A DNA stretch of 64,000 bases from Macrostomum lignano. Taxonomy: Eukaryota. Within the stretch, counting starts at the first letter, position 1; each line of letters starts with the position of its first letter. The notes beneath the pieces were generated by a model that was given only the letters and a program-made list of their open reading frames with translations, ran no database searches and was not told where the DNA came from. A program made the position numbers and the translations under genes. Positions 11,484 to 23,800 of the stretch are shown here, piece by piece. Where the stretch lies: assembly GCA_002269645.1 (NCBI GenBank), contig NIVC01002289.1, positions 1 to 64,000 of the forward strand. Reading direction: 5' to 3'.

Positions 11484-13040
11484 CACAGAACATACACAGA
11501 ATGGCGAATCGGCAGTTCTCTATGAAAGCGAAAATAAATGCGATTGCACTACTAACGTTGTGAAGCTGATAAGTAGCTGCGATTTTTTAAACGCAAAGTT
11601 GAATGTAAAAGTTGAGCTCAAGACAGCCTTTGAAAGCTCTGAATCATCGTTTTGACGCTGCAGATGAATGCTGCGCCATCATTGTAATTAATTTGTTCAA
11701 ACGGTGCGTGCGCAAAGTCATGAGCAGTAGTAAGAACTGTTATAACCTCATTGCCATGTACATGTAAGCTAAAAAACAAAAGTAACAAACATATAACAGC
11801 AGGTTAAGTTTTAGCGCTGCACGCAAGGCAGGAAATGCCAGACTCAACAGAAATAGCAAATCTCATGCAATCACACTCATCCTCTTGAACTTCCTCGATT
11901 GCTCATTGCAAAATGCTCGCCCGCGCTTTCTCTCCTGAGCCGCAATCCTGCGCCCATTGCACCAATGGTGCAAGCGCAGCCTCGAGAACAGCCTCACAAT
12001 GCCCATCACGCATCTCTCTGAGTGCTCAGCGCAATGAGTCGCAATAATTGGCCTGATGCAATCGGCCAATAATTTGCTGATTCTGTGTGACACAACAGCA
12101 TGCATGAACTCTGTCACTTCCAGCAATTTGAATTGGCGTTCCATCTCAGTGACAGCTCTGATAACTGCTCTGCTTGGGGTGGCTAAGCTGTCATCCCGCT
12201 TGCACTTCAGTCGCAGGAAGAGTGTCCGAATTGCTTTCCCTTCAGTTCCTGCTGGAACACCTTACACTTGCACTCAGTTTTAAAGAAGCGGAACAGCAAC
12301 CAACCGCCGACATTTGCGCACTTCTCGTGATCTAAGTCATCCGATGTAGCAAAGAGCTCATCACCTGCTTCCGTGAGATCTGAGTCACAAGTGTTGCCCC
12401 GCAGGTGGACTGGATCTGGAGCTTCTTGCCTCACTGCAGCCTTGGATGCTCTCTGGCTGCTGAAAACCGGTGAAATCTAGTGCCCGGCGGCCACTTGCCG
12501 GCGTAGTTGGGGCATCCGTACGCAGCGCACTGAAGCCTCGAAGCAGACGCAGTCATGCGAAAACAGTATCACAATAAGCTGCGTATTAAAACTCTAGCAG
12601 ATATGCCTTCGGTATTACATGTAGCACTTTTGAAGCCAGACCTAGCTTCAGCAGCACCAGCCTGGGCCATAGAGAATGCAATATAGCAAAGACAGGCTAG
12701 CGCGATCAATAATGCATTTGACCTGCATGCTTTCACGCCACGAGCTCGTGCTTGAACGCCCAAGGCATGCTGTCTATGGCAATAACTTAAAGCGCAGCAG
12801 AAGGCAGGGCCAGCCTTAAGGTAGTTTCTAAAAATAGCACAGTTTAGAAGGGGGTGGGTTGGTTCATCAAGCCTTCCTATATTCTGTGGGACAAACCCGC
12901 AATAAATGGCAAAGAATTGGTAAAGTGCCATTCAGCCTACTTAGTTTCTCTTCACAACAAGAGTAGCCAGTATAGAATATCATTCTTGTGCAAGAAATTT
13001 TCTCAAAATGCGGGATTCGCCATTCTGTGTATATTCTGTG
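11484..13040 (-). mobile_element. Non-autonomous P-superfamily-like DNA transposon with 27-bp TIRs, a perfect 8-bp TSD and a C-terminal transposase remnant
   Basis: TIR CACAGAA(C/T)ATACACAGAATGGCGAATC at 11484-11510 and inverted at 13014-13040. TSD AATAGCAC at 11476-11483 and 13041-13048. The minus-strand remnant at about 12430-11863 (ANVGGWLLFRFFKTECKCKV...SLATPSRAVIRAVTEMERQF...CAEHSERCVMGIVRLFSRLRLHH...RKFKRM) resembles C-termini of THAP9/P-like transposases (recalled motif, not searched). Confidence 0.8.
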
Positions 13041-13538
13041 AATAGCACCGCGGGTTTAAGATTGCTCAAATCAATATACAGTTGGACCCATTTAAAAATA
13101 GATTCGAAACATAGTTGTCCCGCGGAGCGACTAGCGGAATGTGAATCGGCCTTAACCAGTATTTGATGACGGAGTGAACAAGCCTGTACTTGTACTGCAT
13201 TGCAAACTCATCAATAAACTCATTTATTTAAAAGCATTTGAATTATAGAAAGTGCTGTATGCCAATATTATTTACCTGCTTAGGAAAGATGGTGTCAGAC
13301 TCTGGAAAGCAGTGGCAAAAGTGCTTCTTGTCCGCTCTGTTTATAATTTTGCCCCAAGCTGCACGCACTTCAAGCCTAACAGAAATAGTCAAGTGTGCTT
13401 TAAAAGTTCTTTACAGCTGAGAACTTGTTTTTTGAGCTCGACGAGTCCACCTGGAGAGGGTGGGTATGAGGCAGAATCGTCAAGCTCTAATTGGGGACCT
13501 CGAGGGAGGGTACTCACACATCTGCAGCTCAATACGAA

Positions 13539-14328
13539 TTGATCCATCAATTCCAGATGCTTGATTCATCAGTTCTGAAGCTTGATTTATAAGTTCCTTA
13601 AGCTTGATCCACCGGTTCCTTAAGCTTGATCCACCGGTTCCTTAAGCTTGATCCACCGGTTCCTTAAGCTTGATCCACCGGTTCCTTAAGCTTGATCCAT
13701 CAGTTCATTAAGCTTGATCCATCAGTTCATTAAGCTTGATCCATCAGTTCATTAAGATTGGTCCATCAGTTCCTTAAGCTTGATCCATCAGTTCATTAAG
13801 CTTGATCCATCAGTTCATTAAGCTTGATCCATCAGTTCATTAAGATTGGTCCATCAGTTCCTTAAGCTTGATCCATCAGTTCATTAAGCTTGATCCATCA
13901 GTTCATTAAGCTTGATCCATCAGTTCATTAAGCTTGATCCATCAGTTCATTAAGCTTGATCCATCAGTTCATTAAGCTTGATCCATCAGTTCCTTAAGCT
14001 TGATCCATCAGTTCATTAAGCTTGATCCATCAGTTCATTAAGCTTGATCGATCAGTTCATTAAGCTTGATCCATCAGTTCATTAAGCTTGATCCATCAGT
14101 TCCTTAAGCTTGATCCATCAGTTCCTTAAGCTTGATTTATAAGTTCCTTAAGCTTGATCCTAGGATGACTTAAGCTCGATCCATCAGTCCTTTACCTAAG
14201 CTTGATCCATCAGTTCCTGAGCTTGATCCATCAGTTCCTAAAGCTTGATCCATCAGTTCCTGAGCTTGATCCATCAGTTCCTGAGCTTGATCCATCAGTT
14301 CCTAAAGCTTGATCCATCGGTTCCTTAA
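13539..14328 (-). repeat. 21-bp tandem array (AAGCTTGATCCATCAGTTCCT variants), about 37 units, inverted relative to 9281-9893
   Basis: Directly visible; the unit is the reverse complement of the left-array unit. Confidence 0.97.
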
Positions 14329-15075
14329 TATTGATTAGTCGGTTTTTTAACAGCAGAAACAATTGTCTTTTTCTTCAGTACCAAACATTTCAAACCAACC
14401 GGACTGTCGGTTGTGCACTCTCGGTCCAGTGGAGTAGACTTTAGTCTACGATACCATTAAATTAGTTTGGGGGATGCAGTGCGCGGGTACAATGCGCCGA
14501 TTTCCTCGCGTTATGCTAATTGCTAATAAGCAGCAAAACTCCAAATCAAATTAATACAAGATTTCGCATTGCTCGCATGGGACAATTCTTTAGTAATAGT
14601 GCAAACTGCACTTGTATATAACAGTTAAAACTTTTCCGAGAAAGCATTACACTCAATTCAAAAGCACTTAAGAATTCAGAAGTTTGTCTACTGAAATTTC
14701 CGGACACTGTCCGAAAGTAAAACACTCCTCTTGCTCGTATGTTTGGTGATTTGCGGTCAAAAGAAACTGGAAGTTAAAAAAGAAACCTTCAAACTTCATC
14801 TGATCAAATCGCTTCGAGAGAATATTTATTTATGCCTTCTACTGACGAAAAAAAATGTTGCAACTCATCAATGCAGAATATTTTCTCTTTTGCAGGAGCA
14901 ACTCGAGCAAAATTAGGCTAAAAATATTACTATTCGAGCAGTTTAAAAACAGTTCGCAGAATTTCCTTATTAGCAAAGTCTGATTTATCAGAGGAAAATT
15001 AAAAAACGGCTTTGTGAACAATGAATAAATGCAGCAGTTGGGAATTTATTAGCCAGAGTCTTCGTCATCACGGCT

Positions 15076-15309
15076 TTACAGGCCAGTGCAGTCGACTCCC
15101 TTGGGCGGCTTGACCTGCCTCTTTTGGCTGTCGGCGCACACAGTGGCCAGCAGTACCTGGAATTCGGCGCCTCGTCTTACCATCCGGCGAGACTCGGGCA
15201 GGGCCATCGCCTCCGCGCCGAATGTCGCCGGCGGTGTCAGGGTGGTCAGCAGCAGGACGACGGTCGTCAGCACGAGAAGCGTCAGGTTCTTTCGGCTGGA
15301 GGTGGCCAT
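15076..15309 (-). CDS. Single-exon 77-aa secreted prepropeptide (signal peptide, RR processing site, 2-Cys mature peptide); family not recognised
   Basis: MATSSRKNLTLLVLTTVVLLLTTLTPPATFGAEAMALPESRRMVRRGAEFQVLLATVCADSQKRQVKPPKGVDCTGL*. ATG in GCCATGG context, GC-rich codon use like neighbouring real exons, AATAAA on the minus strand at 15050-15045 (26 nt after the stop), and CCAAT boxes upstream. Confidence 0.7.
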   Translation of the reverse strand: MATSSRKNLTLLVLTTVVLLLTTLTPPATFGAEAMALPESRRMVRRGAEFQVLLATVCADSQKRQVKPPKGVDCTGL

Positions 15310-15510
15310 GGCTGACTGAGACAATTCTTATAGGTAACACGACAGCGACGCAAAAACCTCGAGTATATTGAGTAATATTTAATAGGGAACCGACAACAAA
15401 ATGACTTTTTATTGCAGCGGAGGAGGGTGCTGGAGACTTTTGTTGATAAGAACAACAGTCAATTAATTAATAAACAGCCTATGCGACGAAACTTCCAACA
15501 CACAGGGGGC

Positions 15511-15713
15511 TCTGATTGGCTGGCCTTAGCAAGCTCACTTTGTCCGATTCCACCCACCCCACGCTGGCCGCCCCTTTACACTCACTTATTCAATTCTCTG
15601 CCCCAAGTTTCCTACCCCCACCCCCTAGAATGAACGCTGTGAAAGCTCAGTGTACAGGCTCAGTGTGCGCATTGACGCAGGCGGGCGAGGCTTCACAAAA
15701 TCTGATTGGCTGG
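15511..15713 (-). promoter_or_regulatory. Two identical NF-Y/CCAAT boxes (CCAGCCAATCAGA on the minus strand) upstream of the peptide gene
   Basis: TCTGATTGGCTGG at 15511-15523 and 15701-15713 matches the extended CCAAT consensus. Assignment to the peptide gene is an inference. Confidence 0.5.
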
Positions 15714-15921
15714 TGGGGAGATAAGTGACGAAAAGAATGATTTCACTGACTGAGTCACTGATAAAAGAGTTAGAGTGTTTGCGTGAATTGAGCATCTGGA
15801 GGGGTCAATAAAAGTACGCAATAAAAATATGTGAATATTCCATAAACATTAAATGTGTAACTGCATCGTAGCTGTTTCCTAGTCCTAGTTTCTCCATTTA
15901 TTAACCAAATTGTTATAAATA

Positions 15922-16211
15922 TACTCAGCAACATTGAAAAGTCGCCACCCATTGCCCCAATGAGCAGTGTCTTTCGACCAGCGTCTATCACCTGGGCAAT
16001 CATTTTGATGTGAAAAAAATGCTTGAAAAAACAATGAAAACCGGTCGGAAGCTTCAATCCACCCAATCTTCACCCTCTGCTCTTCCCAATACCTTCTCAC
16101 CCAGTTACACTCTGCGTCACGTAACGCAACTTGTGTCACTCAAAAGTCAATACTTGAGCTAGAATTTACGGCGCACTCTCAAAGGTGGCGACTATTTAAT
16201 GTTGTTGAGTA
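15922..16211. mobile_element. Tc1/mariner-type MITE, about 290 bp
   Basis: TIR TACTCAGCAACATTGAAAAGTCGCCACC vs inverted TACTCAACAACATTAAATAGTCGCCACC (3 mismatches); TA on both flanks. Confidence 0.8.
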
Positions 16212-17862
16212 TACTTTCACCCATTATGGCTATTATTCCAGTTCCACAGTTACTACCCAATTTAAATTGGCGTGAGACAGCGTAAGAGGTGGGTTACCTG
16301 TTGCTTAACATAGTAACTGCGTCATTATTACGAAAGTTCCTTGCTATTGTGATTCGGATCGAACCATCGGGTTTTATAGTGTTTCTATTGTTTCTATTGT
16401 TGTTTCTATTGCTATTGTTTGTTTCTAAATAGACACTTTCTATTGTTTATTTGTTTCTATTTCTACAATAGCACGAAACGCACGTGGCAGTAAAAACTCA
16501 TGCCTGACGTGAACTCATGCGGTTTCATTATCCATATCCCTATCAATAATTTCCTGTCTCTGCTGCTCGAGTTCCTCGGAGCTCAAATCAAATCATTTTT
16601 GCTCAAATAAGGCGGCGGACGGGATCCGGGATGTGAGTAAGCAGCAGCCGCAGACTTGGGACCTCGCTCTCGCGTGCGACCGGAGGGATAAATGCCCCCC
16701 CCTGCCTAGTGGTTTTTTTCCCACCGCAAAGGATAGCAGTGACGCGCGGCCTTAGTCTGGGAGTAGGGCCGACTCTGCTTCCTTCATCTCGATATGAGAA
16801 GACTCAGTCAAGGAGATCTTGAGCTAGAAGCTGGATGCCAGGAAAAACTCTCATTTCCACAAACCATAGAGCTGCCTAAATTTTCAGTCAGCCTATGGCC
16901 TATGTGTGTTAAAAACGCACGGCAACCCGCTCGCTGTGAATGTCTATGGCCAAAAGCCTTTGATTCAGTGCAAAGCCATCAGACTGCTGCAGGCATATCA
17001 AAACAGTCAGATGAAAGAGTAATCTTTGATGCTCTAGATAAACTTTGAATAGATTTTCTGCGTTTTATGAGCTGACTGCTGAAACCATTGATCGTTCTGC
17101 CCATGGACCCTTCGCGCAAGGGTGGACACTTTTCAATATTGCTGAGTGTATAAAAGTTCTATATTCCCCTGCACAAGGGGACAACTAAAGCAACGTATAT
17201 ACAGGACGCGACACTCGCGTTTCATAGAAAAAGTTTTGAAGGCCTCTTTTTCGCCGAAAAATGCACTACAGAGATAGGAGTTTTCAAATGTTCACAAAAC
17301 ATTTTCCATAGATTTCGAGTGTTGCGTCCTTCTACTTTAGTAGTCCTTGATTCTGCATCGATTTGGGACATAACTAAAACTTGATCAGCCTAGTGGAACA
17401 ATCTTTAGGCTATCTGGTATGTGCAAACTACATGTTGAGAAACCGATGACTCCAAATTCTAGCTCTAGATCTCCTTGGCTCGAGTCCGTGTCTCCGCCTC
17501 CGCATCCGGTATTTTGCTTCGAGTCGTGAGTGCTGCAGCCACTGATTGGGGAGTTGGCAGCCAATGACTTTGATTCGAGGACAGTGTCGGCGTGTGTAGG
17601 ATGACGGCGCTGATATAATATCTATATAGCCTCAAGAGTTTCCTTTGCTTTACGTTCGAGTAGACTTTTCTCGTCTCTTCTAACTAGTTCTGTCTCATCC
17701 TCTCTTTAGTCCTCCCTTAGTCCTCTCTTTTCTTAAGCTTTGACTGCCTATAGCCAAGTTCTTTAAGTCCTACTTAGACCTGGGCTCCTCCACTGTCTGT
17801 CCATACAGCCTTCGCCTCAACCTAAGCAAAGGGCCTGGCAACGGACGGGACTTCAGCGGTTC

Positions 17863-20800
17863 ATGCAGTCTGACTCTTCGCCCAGGCAGGCGAGGCCGAG
17901 GTTTCCGCACTACCTGTTCAGACGGCACCAGAGCCTTGAGCAGATCAAAGGTGAGTTAATGAGACAGATAGAGTTTAGTTCGACTTTGAATATGCGGTGA
18001 CGCTAATATTTGATTATTATTTCACACTGATGGATTTTGGGATCAGTGATCGGGTTTTGGGATCAGTGATCGGGTTTTGGGATCAGTGATCGGATTTTGG
18101 GATCAGTGATCGGTTTTGGTATCAGCGATCGGGTTTTGGAATCAGTGATCGGGTTTTGGGATCAGTGATCGGATTTTGGGATCAGTGATCGGATTTTGGG
18201 ATCAGTGATCGGGTTTTGGGATCAGTGATCGGGTTTTGGGATCAGTGATCGGATTTTGGGATCAGTGATCGGATTTTGGGATCAGTGATCGGGTTTTGGG
18301 ACCAGTGATTAGATTTTGGGATCAGTGATCGGATTTTGGGATCAGTGATCAGATTTTGGGATTAGTGATTGGGTTTTGGGATCAGTGATTAGATTTTGGG
18401 ATCAGTGATCGGCTTTTGGGATTAGTGATTGGGTTTTGGGATCAGTGATTAGATTTTGGGATCAGTGATCGGCTTTTGGGAGCGGGTCGACTTGAGACCA
18501 CTTTGAAATGAAAACTTTGTCTCTCAAAAGCAGAGCAGCTCCTTGAACTATGCCCAGACGAGAGTTGCTGGGGTCCTGACCAAATTCGAATTGGGCTGAG
18601 AGAGGATATCGAAGTTGGAGCCCGAATTTCCCTCCTCTCCCTACTGACTCTTCCTCTACTGGCTACACTGCTGGTAATCGAGATAACCTGGGATTCCTGA
18701 GGCCTCCGCCCCCACCCCACCCTCGAGTTCCTTGCTTACCCATAGCTATGTGCTAGGCGTACGAAAGCAGAAAAGAGTTGCACGATCGTAATATCCTTTG
18801 CATACTACTGACTGATGGAAAGTACAGATTTGAATTGACGCTTGCTTAGAATTGAGAGTTTGAAAAAGATGGAGAGGAGAGGAAATCTGATATATGCCTA
18901 GAGGAATCAAGGCCGAATCAAGGACGGGAAACTTCATTTCCTAGAAATTTCTGATAGAAATCGCTGATAAAAAAGCGTAATGTAAAAAATAAAAGAAGCT
19001 TCATGTCGAAGTTAAGACATTCATTTGGGAATCCCTACGATGTCGAGGCTTGCAGGGAATCGCTATAATGCTGTAGTAGTGCCATAATGACTCTTAGAGA
19101 GAATTACTGAAATTTCAATGCTTTAGGGTTAGGTTAGGGTTAGGGTTAGGGTTAGGGTTAGGCTAGGGTTAGGCTAGGGTTAGGGTTAGAAGGTCGACAG
19201 ATATTTTTAGATTTCCAAGGCTTATTGGACGCATTGCTGAGATGTCAAGGGGGGAAGTTGATATGTTAAAGCTTGTGGGGGGAATTACTGACATGTCAAG
19301 GCTTACAAGGTTTGACAGGAGATTTTTTAAGATTTCAAGGATACATGTAGCTTATTAAAAAAACGTGTATTGCATTTCTTTGGCTCCCCAACGGGGGGCG
19401 TAGATTGCTAGTCATGAAAATCTATGAAAATGAAAATCATGAAAATCATGAAAAAACATGAAAATCCGGCCAAACAGCGATTCGACACTGCACGCAGCTT
19501 GATGAAGAACTTCCCTAACTTTAAGCTGAGCACGCTATTCTCACCACGGATTCTATATTACGATTAACCAATGAGCCGAGTTATGTATCGAAGTTTAGCT
19601 GGGTAAAAATTATAATCTTTTGAGGAAGAAATATCACTCATCCGTTTTTTAATCCACCGAGGGGAGGAGAATGCATGGGATCGGGCAGCTAAGGGTGGGA
19701 GCTGAGCTCATAGAGGGGAATGGGATCGGACAGCTCAGGGTGAGAGCTGAGCTCATAGAGGGGAATGGGATCGGACAGCTCAGGGTGGGAGCTGAGCTCA
19801 TAGAGGGGAATGGGATCGGACAGCTCAGGGTGGGAGCTGAGCTCATAGAGGGGAATGGGATCGGACAGCTCAGGGTGGGAGCTGAGCTCATAGAGGGGAA
19901 TGGGATCGGACAGCTCAGGGTGGGAGCTGAGCTCATAGAGGGGAATGGGATTGGAAAGCTCAGGGTGGGAGCTGAGCTCATAGAGGGGAATGGGATCGGA
20001 CAGCTCAGGGAGGGAGCTGAGCTCATAGAGGGGAATGGGATTGGAAAGCTCAGGGTGGGAGCTGAGCTCATAGAGGGGAATGGGATCGGACAGCTCAGGG
20101 TGGGAGCTGAGCTCATAGAGGGGAATGGGATCGGACAGCTCAGGATGAACCTGAAAGAGGATCTTCCGGGAGCATGAGATCAGAAAACTTAGGGATCAAT
20201 TTCTCCATAGGAGAGAATAGGATTTCATTAGAAGCTCTAAGGTACTCCCTAGCAAGATTACTTATGTATCCCAACCCAATAGCTCAGCAGCTCGTGACGG
20301 CCTTTTTTAATGTCCCAATTTTTATATTCCGCCATCTGCATCTGTCGCCGCCGCTCCGGGCTACATTGGATTTGCATATCTGGCTTGAGCAGTTTATCAG
20401 AGGCTGCCGGGACTCGGTGCTCTCTGACCCACCCCACCCCAAACCCTCTCACTGCTCGGGGTGGCCCCGGGTCGAGGGTCCCAGCGGCCTCCTGGGAGAT
20501 TGCGGATGCGATGGCTACTTCCCTCCCCTCAGTCCAGCCCATCATCCTTTTTCACGCCGATGTCATGTTCCGTCTCCGTCTCCCTCTCTCTCCAACTGTC
20601 TCATTTGGAGTCCCATCCGTGCCCCGGGCCTGCCTGACGTCTCCAGCCAATCCGAGATCGCTGCTGAAAGTTTTTTGCCTGCCTGCCGCCCCACTCAGCC
20701 CCTCCTCCTCCTCCCAGACTCTCCGCTCCTTCATCGGCTGGCTAGTAGAATTATAGTTTTATATATAAGACTATCGTCAGCAAGGCGGATCAGTATTAAC

Positions 20801-23800
20801 CGTATCGCCTGTCTCTGCCTGAGCATCAAAGTTTTTTTAAACAGCAGACTCGGCCAGGATGCAGCAGCAGCAGCAGCAGCAACAGGCTTCTCAGACTCCA
20901 CAGGCGGCTCGGCCAAGGCAGCAGCTGGCCTCGGCCGGCGCCTGTCCGGAGGAGCTGCTCGGACAGCCAGCACCGCTGGGCCGAGCACCCAGTGTCCGGA
21001 AACGGCACAGCTACGCCACGAAATCCTGCCACTCCACCGACGAGGTGCTGCTAGACGAAGGAAGCCAGGGCTGGTGAGTCGGCACTCGAGCCTGGCCTCC
21101 GAGATCGCGGCTGTTTTTCACACTTTTACATGTGTTAATTAATCTCAGGTGTCAATCAATTTGGCTGAGCACAAACAAACCTACCGGGTAACCTTCATAG
21201 AGCATTGGGTCACAATTAATTACAATCACAACAGCATTCACCAGGTCCCCCTCAGTCTTTAATAAAGGGGAATTCGCCTTCCGCAGCCTGGGCCGCTATC
21301 GGGAGAAGGGCCTGCCGTTTTGATTGCCTTTTTGCCTTCATTTTCCCAATAGAAGGGGAAGTGAGCGAATGAAAATAATTGACCTGAGAATCCTGAGAAT
21401 CCGGGCGATAGCGGAGGAGAACATTCAAAACAAGCATGCGGGAGGGTGGAACAGCGGCACAGGAATTATTTCACAAACAACAGTTACGAGAGTACTAATG
21501 CGCAGTGTTTTTTTATTTCTATTTTAGCCAAGGGCCTGCGGAAATCCTTCTGAGCAGCGAGAGCCCGTCTGGAGAGTGCACGGTTCGTGGCGGCACTCTC
21601 AGAGGCCTCATTGAGTTTGCGATTGGCTGCTTCGGTGAGCGGCGCTGGAGAATGTATTGAGAGGATTTAGAGAATGTACTGAGGGGCATAGGAGAATGTA
21701 TTGAGAGGATTTGGAGAATGTACTGAGGGGCGTAGGAGAATGTATTGAGAGGATTTGGAGAATGTACTGAGGGGCATAGGATAATGTATTGAGAGGATTT
21801 GGAGAATGTACTGAGGGGCGTAGGAGAATGTATTGAGAGGATTTGGAGAATGTACTGAGGGGCATAGGATAATGTATTGAGAGGATTTGGAGAATGTACT
21901 GAGGGGCGTAGGAGAATGTATTGAGAGGATTTGGAGAATGTACTGAGGGGCATAGGATAATGTATTGAGAGGATTTGGAGAATGTACTGAGGGGCATAGG
22001 AGAATGTATTGAGAGGATTTGGAGAATGTACTGAGGGGCGTAGGAGAATGTATTGAGAGGATTTGGAGAATGTACTGAGGGGCATAGGAGAATGTATTGA
22101 GAGGATTTGGAGAATGTACTGAGGGGCATAGGAGAATGTATTGAGAGGATTTGGAGATTGTACCGAGAAGCATAGGAGAATGTACCGAGAGGAGTTGGAG
22201 AACATACCGAGAAACATAGGAGACGAGAGGTGTATGAGAATGTACTGTAGAGAAGTAATACTATAAGCTATAATATTACTATTTGTTTTAAAAACTCGCA
22301 GAAGTGTCCAACAAGGAGGTGCACATCGCCAACCAGAGTTTTTTGGACGTGTTCTTCCTGATGCACGAGTGGATTTCGGACTCAGTGACGGTGGTATCGA
22401 CTGTCATCGAGCTGTGCGAGAGGAACAGTCAAATACTTCGGCGTGGCCTGCTCATGATCAGGTGAGTGCGAGCTCTTCTGGGTGTACTTTCTAGAATTGA
22501 AGCCGGCGCTCTTTTAAACTACGAGGCACTGCTACGAGGCCTTTGTTGAATTGGGAAATCGTGAAGGTTCGTATCGAGAGAGAGAGGGGGAGAGAGAGGG
22601 AGGGAGAGAGGGAGAGGGAGAGAGAGGGAGGGAGAGAGGGAGAGAGAGAGGGAGAGAGATAGAGGGAGAGAGAGGGAGGGAGAGAGGGAGAGAGAGAGGG
22701 AGAGAGATAGAGGGAAAGAGAGAGGGAGAGAGAGAGGGAGAGAGAGAGGGAGAGAGATAGAGGGAAAGAGAGAGGGAGAGAGAGAAGAGAGAAAGAAAGA
22801 GACAGAGGGTTACTGGCTGAGCTCCACACCTCTCCAAACCTTTAGCCGGGAGCAGAAAGCCCTGACCGTACAAGTACTGTTGCAGTGCGTGACCAGTTCG
22901 GACAAATGCTGAAGTGTGTTGCAAAACAGGGGCCAATTTCCGGCCGTCTCATCCTCCCAGCTTCCCTGTCCGCCTTCTCGACTTCATCAGCCGCCGCCTT
23001 GCTGACGCGCTCTTCTTCCTTCTTCGGCGCCACGCTTTGCCTCATTTCTCCCCGCTGCCAGTGGCAGCGTTTAATCTAAAAAAGTCACTTCCAGCTGCTC
23101 AGGATTCACAGAAAATTTCCACGCTCTAAGGAGAAATCGGTGAGGTAGGGGGTGGGGGAGGGGCAGATGCCGCGCCGATGACGGGCTTAAGGTCGAAATC
23201 TCCCAATGCGGCCCTGGCTAGCTGATCCCAAATCCGTTCGCGGCTCAAGGTGGTCACGCGAAACCGCGTCGAAGCGTTTTGAAACCGGATCAGCCGCGAA
23301 TCGGCGGGGTGCGGCTTAAGCTAATCCCGCGATCCCGACCCCAGCTGCGTGTTAATTCCCATAGCCGATCGGGAGCAGGAATTCTCTGTGCGCAAAGATT
23401 TATCTGTTTATTTGAATGTGGAAATTGCTCCTTACTGTTGATCCTGTCACTGTTGATCCTGTCACTGTTGATCCTGTCACTGTTGATCCTGTCACTGTTG
23501 ATCCTGTCACTGTTGATCCTGTCACTGTTGATCCTGTCACTGTTGATCCTGTCACTGTTGATCCTGTCACTGTTGATCCTGTCACTGTTGATCCTGTCAC
23601 TGTTGATCCTGTCACTGTTGATCCTGTCACTGTTGATCCTGTCACTGTTGATCCTGTCACTGTTGATCCTGTCACTGTTGATCCTGTCACTGTTGATCCT
23701 GTCACTGTTGATCCTGTCACTGTTGATCCTGTCACTGTTGATCCTGTCACTGTTGATCCTGTCACTGTTGATCCTGTCACTGTTGATCCTGTCACTGTTG

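Noticed and set aside
17203-17330. 128-bp element with imperfect inverted ends (AGGACGC.ACACTCG)
   Set aside because: Only about 15 bp pair well and there is no TSD; insufficient to call a MITE.
19123-19189. True telomere or chromosome-fusion scar
   Set aside because: Short tract embedded at the same position in two copies of a dispersed Helitron; no head-to-head TTAGGG/CCCTAA junction.
20174-21142. 322-aa ORF as a standalone gene
   Set aside because: Its 3' part overlaps RasGRP exon 2 in another frame; its 5' part looks like decayed retroelement sequence and could not be assigned.
22842-23129. Extra RasGRP exon in intron 4
   Set aside because: Candidate acceptors give stops or non-homologous peptide; the exon at 24858 supplies the expected RFW continuation of the REM domain.
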